DNA of 64,000 nucleotides from Macrostomum lignano (lineage: Eukaryota), in the NCBI GenBank assembly GCA_002269645.1, contig NIVC01001283.1, positions 124,001-188,000 of the forward strand. The letters are read 5' to 3'. Below, piece by piece: positions 55,173 to 64,000 of the stretch. The notes beneath the pieces were generated by a model. The model had not been told where the DNA came from and did no database searches. It saw nothing but the letters and a program-made list of their open reading frames with translations. Position numbers and translations under genes: made by a program. How positions within the stretch are numbered: position 1 is the first letter of the stretch; each line of letters opens with the position of its first letter.

Positions 55173-58100
55173 ATGGATGCCTCGCTATTTCAGCCGAATA
55201 ATTTTGCTCCGTCGTTAGCCGGCGACCCCGGTTCGCCGTCTCGCCGTCGATTTCAGCGATCCACTTCGCCATTTCTTCTTTCTCTGCTCCTCATCGCGCT
55301 CCTATTGGCCAGCGCAGCCGTCCAATCAGCGTCGGCCGGTAGAGTCTACGGCCCGGTGCCCGGCAGCGAGACAGTGTTAGATCACGATCGATTGAGCTAC
55401 GCTCCAGTCTCCGAGCGGCATCATCGCCGGGCTAAAAGATCCGCTCCTCTAGCCGGGCAAGTCGACCTGGCATTCCCTGCTCACGGCAGGCAGTTTCGCC
55501 TGCGCCTTGAGCACAATAGCCGGGTTGCGGCGCCGGGCGCTGTGCTAGAATTCGATGGCCGAGTTGAACCGCTCAGCTTTCCAGAGGCGGTGACGGGTCG
55601 GCTGATTGACGATCCGGGCAGCTGGGCGTTCGGCAGCCTCATTGACGGTGTGTTCCGTGGTTCGATTCACGAGTCCAGTGGGTCGGGCTGGTACATTGAG
55701 CCGGCTGCTCATTATTTTAATGGCCGGCGAGAGTTTCATTCGATTATGTACAACGACTCGCACGTGCAGTGGCCGAAGCGGTATAAACGGTGAGATGGAC
55801 GGCTTCCATTCATTGAATTCCATTGAAGCTTTCAAAAACTACTGGGTGTGTTCAAAACGTATCTGTTATAGCTCTTTGGAATGAATTTATTTATTTTTGG
55901 GCCATCAATATCTTAGCTTTCATCTCTGCCAAATAGCTCGTATCACTTCAAGGTCATCAATGCACAAAATGCACAAAAGTTCTGCTAAGGATCCTCTTTG
56001 ATATGTCACCATAGGCCCACATAACTAGATGGGCCACTCAGGCATATATACTCAGCAAAACAGCTTTCTACTTTCGGTTCAGTAGCAAAAAAGAATATAT
56101 AAGCTATTTTATAAAAAAGCAGCTGTACTGACTGATAAGTTTAGAAGCCCAAGCTTGCAGGCGTAAACAACTTGCTAATTGGTTCTGCAGTAATGTACAT
56201 TAGCCAGTCCACTGAAATGTACATGGCAGCTTTAGGCTTGAACTCCAAGTGTCAATAAATTGAGCCTTGACTTTAAAAATACGTCAAAGTCCTTCTGTTA
56301 AACTTACTACTGAACTGAAAGTAGCTTACACGCAAATGTGCTGAGTGGCCTATTTAGTTAGTCTAGTATCTGTGCCATAGGCCAGATCAAAAGCACTTAT
56401 TGTTAAACTAACATATGCATAAAAGTTTGTAGTCGAATAAAGGATGAGATTTTACCACTTTCCAATAACTCCAAACTTGCTAAATTCCAGACATGCATTA
56501 AGAATCGCTTTCTAAAAATCAGTCTCAAAACATTTCCGAAATTTATCGAATTGTTAATTGCTCTGCAGATCCGCTCTGTTTCACCCGCCGGCCGTGGCCG
56601 ACTCCATCGGGCCGCCGTGTGGTCTGGCCGATTCCAGCATCGCCAACCAGCTGAGTCGCCAGTCGGCCAATCCCAGCCTCCGCCAGATGAAGCAGCAGCC
56701 GCCGTCGCGGAGTCGCAGCTCCCGCTGGGCGGATTCCGGCCGGCCCGACCCGGCCGCTATTTATCGCAGGGACCGCCGAGCGGCCGCCTCAGATCCCAAG
56801 GTGTGCTCGCTGTACATGCAGTCGGACACGATGCTGTGGGAGGCCACCATGGGCTTGAGCAACGTGAACGGCGACCGAGACCGGGCCAAGACCGAAATCA
56901 AGGCGCTGTTCCAGCATCACGTTAGCGCCGCTTCGGCTATCTACGCCGGCACCCGTTTTGTATCTAGGGACCCGCAATTCGATCAGAATGGCATTCAGTT
57001 CACTGTTAATCGAGTTCGAATCAACACTACGGCCGATTGCAGTCAGCCGCACATTAATAAATTCTGCAATCGCAATATTGACGTCACTAATTTTCTAAAT
57101 TTGCACGCCTATAGCAACCATTCTGAGCACTGCCTGGCCTACCTGTTCACCTATCGGGACTTCAATGGCGGCACGCTCGGCCTGGCCTGGGTTGGCACCA
57201 AAGATCAGAATGGCGGCATCTGCGAGAAATATCGCGAATATGAGTGAGTGCAGCCTTGCCATCATTTATTCACTTACACGTATATCTGCTATTTTGCAAG
57301 TGCTATTCTTCATTTAGCAAGACATTCTTAGTTATTCGCCATTTAGCAGTTTAGTAACTCCCCTCACCCTTTAGCAGTTCAGTAATTTCCCCCAGCAGCT
57401 CAGTAATTCCTCCCTCAGCAGATCAGTAATTCTCCCCCCTCAGCAGTTCAGTAACCCCCCTCAGCAGTTCAGTAACCCCCCTCAGCAGTTCAGTAATTCC
57501 CCCCTTCAGCAGTTCAGTAATTCCCCCCTTCAGCAGTTCAGTAACCCCCCTTCAGCAGTTCAGTAACCCCCCTTCAGCAGTTCAGTAATTCCCCCCTTCA
57601 GCAGTTCAGTAATTCCCCCCTTCAGCAGTTCAGTAATTCCCCCCTTCAGCAGTTCAGTAATTCCCCCATTCAGCAGTTCAGTAACACCCCTCAGCAGTTC
57701 AGTAATTCCCCCCTTCAGCAGTTCAGTAACCCCCTTTCAGCAGTTCAGTAACCCCCCTTCAGCAGTTCAGTAATTCCCCCCTTCAGCAGTTCAGTAATTC
57801 CCCCCTTCAGCAGTTCAGTAACCCCCTTCAGCAGTTGTACTGAGAGCTTTCCCCGAGAAGTGCAAGATTTACGTTGCCTGCGTAGCTTTTTCAGGAAGTT
57901 TCGCTACTCTATTATGCCTACTTATAAAGTAGAGCAGTTAGCGCATGCTTTTTACTGAAAACACGCAAATCGTCTATTTTCTGCGCATTTATGGATGGCG
58001 AATTCGAAGTGTTTGTTGGTTTAATTTTTTTTAAATACAGTTTGCAAGTGCACTTAAAAAGAGCCTTTTTCTAACCAGATGTGTACTAATGTTGAAGATT

Positions 58101-61100
58101 TTCTTTATAGAAACCACTATTTCTTAGTAGGAAATTAAAACGTTGCGTCAAATACTGCGCAATTCGAATCTTCGAAAAAAAAACTTCCAAGCGCAGCCAC
58201 CATTTATTTGTGGCTCAGTAAGTTGAAGCCCAGTTTACTGGATCAGAAAAGCAGCTGCTGCTTGCCATTTGAAAACCTGTGCTTATATCTGTCAATTTGA
58301 TTCGAAATTCTTATACTGTATATAGATACGGCAAAATTCAGCTGTCTATCTAGTTATAGATTATGGTTAAGGAGCTGCACTAATCTATTGCGATCAGACT
58401 AGTGTAAGCTAGGCTCTTGATTTATGAAAGTACTAGAGCTCATTCATTTTGAGCATTTTTTGTGCATATGTCGTATGTAATTGCGCCAGAATGGGAAATG
58501 CAGATGGCATGGATAGGAAATGCAGATTGGATGGATGGGAAATTCAGATTGGATGAATGGGAGATGCAGATGAAATGCATGGGAAATGCAGATTGGATGA
58601 ATGAATGGGAAATGCAGATGGCATGGATAGGAAATGCAGATTGGATGGATAGGAAATGAAGATGGGATGAATGGGAGATGCAGATTGGATGGATGGGAAA
58701 TGCAGATTGGATGGATAGGAAATGCAGATGGGATGAATGGGAGATGCAGATTGGATGGATGGGAAATGCAGATTGGATGAATGGGAGATGCAGATGAAAT
58801 GCATGGGAAATGCAAATTGGATGAATGAATGGGAAATGCAGATTGGATGAATGGGAAATACAGATGGAATGGATGGGAAATGCAGATTGGATGGATGGGA
58901 AATACAGATTGGATGGATGGGAAATGCAGATTGGATGGATGGGAAATGCAGATTGGGTGGATGGGAAATGCAGATTGGATGGATGGGAAATGCAGATTGG
59001 ATGGATGGGAAATGCAGATTGGATGGATGGGAAATGCAGATGGCATGGATGGGAAATGCAGATTGGATGGATGGGAAATGCAGATGGCATGGACAGGAAA
59101 TGCAGATGGCATGGACAGGAAATGCAGATGGCATGGATGGGAAATGCAGATTGGATGGATGGGAAATGCAGATGGCATGGATGGGAAATGCAGATTGGAT
59201 GGATGGGAAATGCAGATGGCATGGACAGGAAATGCAGATGGCATGGATGGGAAATGCAGATGGCATGGATGGGAAATGCAGATGGCATGGATAGGAAATG
59301 CAGATGGCATGGATGGGAAATGCAGATGGCATGGACAGGAAATGCAGATGGCATGGATAGGAAATGCAGATTGGATGGATGGGAAATGCAGATGGGATGG
59401 ATGGGAAATGCAGATGGGATGGATGGGAAATGCAGATTGGATGAACGGAAGATGCAGATGGAATGGATGGGAAATGCAGATAGGATAGATGGGAATGGTG
59501 ATGGGGTGGATGGGGAATGGAGATGGAATGGATAGGGAATGTATGTGGGGTATGTACCGGTAGGTTGGTAAATAGGGAACGCAGGCAAGAGATACCAGAG
59601 ATGGAATATAAATGAACCATGGATTTTGTTTGGGCAGACATCGGGTGCAGATTAGATGGCGGATAGATATAGAAGGAATACCCAGATGCGTTGCACACGA
59701 GGCTGTCCAATTTACACACTATCTCCCTTGTGCAGCGATCAGGCGCCCGGCCGTCGCGCCTGGAAGTCCTTGAATACGGGCATCGTGACCCTGGTGAACT
59801 ACGGCCGGCGCATCGCCGAGAAAGTCTCCTACCTGACGTTCGCTCACGAGATGGGTCACAATTTCGGTGCCAACCACGACGACGGCATGACGCCGTCCAG
59901 GGCGGAGTGCCAGCCGACGGCCGACCAGGGCAACTACATCATGTTCTCGTCGGCCACCACGGGCGACCTACCGAATAACAAGCAGTTCAGCCAGTGCTCC
60001 AGGGAGTCCATCGGCACTCTGTTATATTACGTTGTCAACGCTCGCAATGGCAAGCAGAATTGTCTGCGTCCTAGCGACGACGCCAGCTTCTGCGGCAACA
60101 GCCTGCTAGAGCCCGGCGAGGACTGCGACTGCGGCTACGAGGACGAGTGCACGGACACCTGCTGCGTGCCGAAAAGCGCCAAAGGCGTCAACCCCAACGC
60201 CTGCAGAGTAGCCGCCGGGAAAGCCTGCTCGCCGTCTGGCAATCCGTGCTGCACAGCGTCGTGCAACTATTCCGATAGCAGCATCCAGTGCCGGGCCGAG
60301 ACCGACTGCACCTACGCTACAGCCTGCTCTGGCGGCAACCAGACCTGCCCGCCGCCTCTGAGCAAGCCGGATAATACCACCTGCAATGGCAATACTAAAC
60401 TGTGCCGCAGTGGCGGCTGCGAGGTAAACAGTTCATGCCGCTTGTGATGGCTTTTAATCGGAGTACCTGAGATGAGGCAACCACAGACTCCTGTTTATCT
60501 TGAATGACTCGAGATAGACTTAATATGGACAGTTCCAATGAGCATAGAATTACCTTATGACACATGGGGCCCAATGACCATAGAATTACCTTATGACACA
60601 TGGGGCCCAATGACCATAGAATTACCTAATGAATAGGCTCAATGACCATAGAATTACCTAATGAATAGGCTCAATGACCATAGAATTACCTTATGACACA
60701 TGGGGCCCAATGACCATAGAATTACCTAATGAATAGGCTCAATGACCATAGAATTACCTAATGAATAGGCTCAATGACCATAGAATTACCTAATGAATAG
60801 GCTCAATGACCATAGAATTACCTTATGACACATGGCCAATGACCATAGAATTACCTAATGAATAGGCTCAATGACCATAGAATTACCTAATGAATAGTTC
60901 AATGACTCAATGACCATAGAATTACCTAATGAATAGTCTCAATGACCATAGAATTACCTAATAAATAGGCTTAATGACCTAATGATACACGACCTCAATG
61001 ACCCTAATTTGACCTAAATACAGAAGGTAACTGTGACTATTTATTAACCTAAGACAGGCGGTTCCAATTAATAAGAACTCAAAACTACTTGGAATATACA

Positions 61101-62365
61101 TTTGCATCTTGCCAAATCGATTCTCCCCCCGCCTCAGCTGAGCATCTGCTCCCTAATCGGCTGGGAGGAGTGCCTGCAGTCGTCAGAGGACACAGACGCT
61201 GACGCCTCATCAATGTGCTACCTGGGCTGCCGGCCTAACAACGCTACGCCGTGCGTGAGCAGCCGGGAGGTAGCCAGTCGGCAGGACCGAACTTCGCCTC
61301 TCTATTCAATTCTGCAGCGCGTCAACCAGACCTATCAAGGCTTGCAGCTGCAGGTCGGCTCGCCGTGCGACAATTACCGAGGCTATTGCAACGCCTATTA
61401 CGAGTGCCGCCGCGTGGATTCTAAAGGGCCGCTGGGCCGACTGCAGGACCTGCTATTCAGTCCGGAGACCCTGGAACTAGTGAAGAACTGGATAGTGGCG
61501 CATTGGTACTATGTCATACTAATCTGCGTCGGTATTGTTGTCGCAATGGGCGTGTTTATTAAAGCCTGCGCCGTGCACACGCCCAGCAGTAATCCGCAGC
61601 GGGCGGCGCATCGCAAGCTCACTTTGCCGCGCCGGCATCACCGACAGCATCAGCACGGCGGCGGCGGCGGCGAGGCTGGCGGAGGCCGCAGCGGCGGAGG
61701 GGGCGGCGGCAGGAGCGGCCGAAGCGGCGGAGGGGGCGGCAGTCGGCAAAACCGCCAGTCCGGGATGCCGCCTGGCAGTGTCCCGCTCGGCTGCTACGCC
61801 TACGGAAACTCGGCCGCTGCCGCTCCCGCCGCGGCCTCTTCGTCGTCTGCATCGGTAGGGGCGGCAGCTGCTGCGGCATCTTCGCCGACTTCGCCGGCAG
61901 GCCCTTCGTCTGGTCGGGCCGGCGCCGCCGCCTTGACCGGTGCGCCGCCACCACCGCGCAGCGGGGAGCCGCCGCCGCCCTACTACAGGTGAGTGAAGTG
62001 GATGGCTGCGCTGTTTCTAGTTTAAATTAGTTATATATTAAATAGGATTAGTTACTAGCTTACTTATTGTCTGTAGTGCGCTGTAATTCGCTATAGTGTT
62101 TAGTGTGCCTTTGTTCTAGTTTAGTTTAGTTTTCTGTTGCTAACTGTAGTTTAACTGTAGTTACCTGTAGTTTACTTTAGCGTACTGTAGAAACTCAAGA
62201 CTGCTGTTGCCTGTCACTTGCCTAATGCTTCGCTACCCCCCCCCGCCCCCGCTCGCCAGAGAGGACGAGCTGATGACGCAGCCGCCGCCCGCTCACGGCA
62301 AAGGCAAGCGGCGAGGCCACCGGCAGGCCATGGAGAGCCAGGCGGCCAAGTACAGACAGCCGTGA
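55173..62365 (+). CDS. ADAM10: ADAM10/kuzbanian metalloprotease-disintegrin. 5 exons: 55173-55789, 56569-57243, 59736-60423, 61138-61988, 62260-62365 (~978 aa). Retention of intron 4 would stop at 61992
   Basis: Hydrophobic signal, RRAKR and RRDRR convertase sites, cysteine switch PPCG. CSLYMQSD, NIDVTNFLNL, CLAYLFTYRDFNGGTLGLAWVG, KSLNTGIVT, zinc motif HEMGHNFGANHD, Met-turn GNYIMF, disintegrin CGNSLLEPGEDCDCG, GSPCDNYRGYC, RRVDSKGPLGRL, TM HWYYVILICVGIVVAMGVFI. All junctions are phase-consistent. Confidence 0.95.
57355..59530. repeat. Two arrays in ADAM10 intron 2: ~23 bp CAGCAGTTCAGTAATTCCCCCTT (57355-57835) and ~22 bp TGGATGGATGGGAAATGCAGAT (58487-59530)
   Basis: Directly visible. The second array generates the long artefactual ORFs at 58440-59719. 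Confidence 0.95.
60535..61010. repeat. 32/38 bp minisatellite CAATGACCATAGAATTACCTAATGAATAGGCT in ADAM10 intron 3
   Basis: Directly visible. Confidence 0.93.
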
Positions 62366-62637
62366 TTGCAGCTTTAAACTCGCTGGCACACGCGATTGCT
62401 GTATAGCATAAATTAACTAACAAACAACTGTACTCGCCTACTCTGTTGTCTCTTCGCAACTCGTTTTGTTAGCTTTGTAAATTCTGCTCGCTGTTTTTTA
62501 AGCTTTTTCTGCTTTAAATGCTCTTCTTTCGTCTAAATTTCCTTCTCTACCTCATTATATCGCTTTCTCTTTTCAAATTTGCCTTGGGAGCCTCATTCTG
62601 TTCCGCATTTCACCTCTCGTCTTATCATTCACAGTGA

Positions 62638-63618
62638 ATTCAGTGGGCAGCTCCTGACTCTCCACAGTCCCTCAGTGGGCAGCTCCTGACTCTCCACAGT
62701 CTCTCAGTGGACAGCTCCTGACTCTCCCCGCAGTCCCTCAGTGGGCAGCTCCTGATTCCCCGCAGTCTCTCAGTTGGCAGCTCCTGACTCTCCCCGCAGT
62801 CCCTCAATGGGCAGCTCCTGATTCCCCGCAGTCTCTCAGTGGGCAGCTCCTGACTCTCCCCGCAGTCCCTCAGTGGACAGCTCCTGACTCCCGCAATCCC
62901 TCAGTGGGCAGCTCCTGACTCTCCCCGCAGTCCCTCAGTGGGCAGCTCCTGACTCTCCCCACAGTCCTTCAGTGGGCAGCTCCTGACTCCCCACAGTCCC
63001 TCAGTGGGCAGCTCCTGACTCCCCGCAGTCCCTCAGTGGGCAGCTCCTGACTCCCCGCAATCCCTCAGTGGGCAGCTCCTGACTCCCCGCAGTCCCTCAG
63101 TGGGCAGCTCCTGACTCCCCGCAGTCCCTCAGTGGGCAGCTCCTGACTCCCGCAATCCCTCAGTGGGCAGCTCCTGACTCTCCCCACAGTCCTTCAGTGG
63201 GCAGCTCCTGACTCCCCGCAGTCCCTCAGTGGGCAGCTCCTGACTCCCCGCAGTCCCTCAGTGGGCAGCTCCTGACTCCCCCAGTCCTCAGTGGGCAGCT
63301 CCTGACTCCCGCAAGTCCCTCAGTGGGCAGCTCCTGACTCCCCAGTCCTCAGTGGGCAGCTCCTGACTCCCCACAGTCCCTCAGTGGGCAGCTCCTGACT
63401 CCCCGCAGTCCCTCAGTGGGCAGCTCCTGACTCCCCGCAGTCCCTCAGTGGGCAGCTCCTGACTCCCCGCAGTCCCTCAGTGGGCAGCTCCTGACTCCCC
63501 GCAGTCCCTCAGTGGGCAGCTCCTGACTCCCCGCAGTCCCTCAGTGGGCAGCTCCTGACTCTCCACAGTCCCTCAGTGGGCAGCTCCTGACTCCCCGCAA
63601 TCCCTCAGTGGGCTGACT
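62638..63618. repeat. ~32 bp minisatellite CAGTGGGCAGCTCCTGACTCCCCGCAGTCCCT downstream of ADAM10
   Basis: Directly visible, ~30 copies. Confidence 0.95.
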
Positions 63619-64000
63619 CTAAAAGTGCTAATATTGAAGCAAAGCTCGCAGTAATGGATATAAGCATATTGGTTCCACTGTTCTAATCAGGTATTGGCTA
63701 GCCGATATTCAGAATAGAGTTAAGCGCTAAACAAAGCAAGTCTCTAGGGCTTAACCCACTGACTGACACTTGGGGCTGGAGTGGCGGGTGGGTATTAAAT
63801 CCAACTGGCTCCTCCCACTGATCGATAGTTTTGTTTTAAATAAAAGGCTCCCAACTGCAACCCTGTCTCGGACTAACTACCCGTATGAAAGTCTATATGA
63901 TTTATGCCATTGTTCTTAGCATTTTCTAGTTCCCGTTCTCTCCCGCTGCCTGAATTCCGGCAGCCCCCTCTCTTCTCTCGCTCTGTTAATCTACGCTCTC

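Noticed and set aside
58440-59719. Long 150-391 aa ORFs on both strands (FPSIQSAFPIHPICISH, MGNADWMDGK)
   Set aside because: Products of a ~22 bp repeat inside ADAM10 intron 2, open in several frames on both strands. The same applies to repeat-derived ORFs at 11213-11812, 14565-15211, 23007-23334, 24364-25006, 51208-51579 and 52073-52444.
62261-62300. CTGATGAC resembling a hammerhead ribozyme core
   Set aside because: No CUGANGA/GAAA pair or stems. The stretch is better explained as the last ADAM10 exon.

Overview
Eukaryotic (animal) genomic DNA. GC-rich exons sit in AT-rich, minisatellite-packed introns and spacers. The style suggests a free-living flatworm such as Macrostomum, but this is inference. 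Four multi-exon genes were reconstructed by hand with phase-consistent GT-AG junctions: a Cys-loop chloride channel (glycine-receptor/GluCl-like, - strand, 9685-15914), ABCB6/HMT-1 (- strand, 26451-36386, with an apparent 1-nt deficit in exon 2), WDR76/CMR1 (+ strand, 45111-51926) and ADAM10/kuzbanian (+ strand, 55173-62365). The WDR76 and ADAM10 terminal exons are absent from the ORF track. Mobile DNA includes the tyrosine-recombinase end of a DIRS/Ngaro-type retroelement, a decayed RT-RNase H LINE, a 5'-truncated RTE-like LINE, tRNA-derived SINEs (one with a CORE/MIR-like domain), nested MITEs with target-site duplications, an internally deleted Tc1/IS630-like element and a decayed hAT-like transposase. 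More than 20 distinct tandem arrays are present. Best leads: (1) a covarying two-stem hairpin shared by the LINE 3' UTR and three dispersed short elements; (2) a 112-113 bp intronic array whose unit can fold into a pseudoknot; (3) an intron-by-intron pattern of private minisatellites starting next to splice sites; (4) an orphan Cys/His-rich ORF. No prokaryotic-type system (CRISPR, rRNA, true tRNA) was found.
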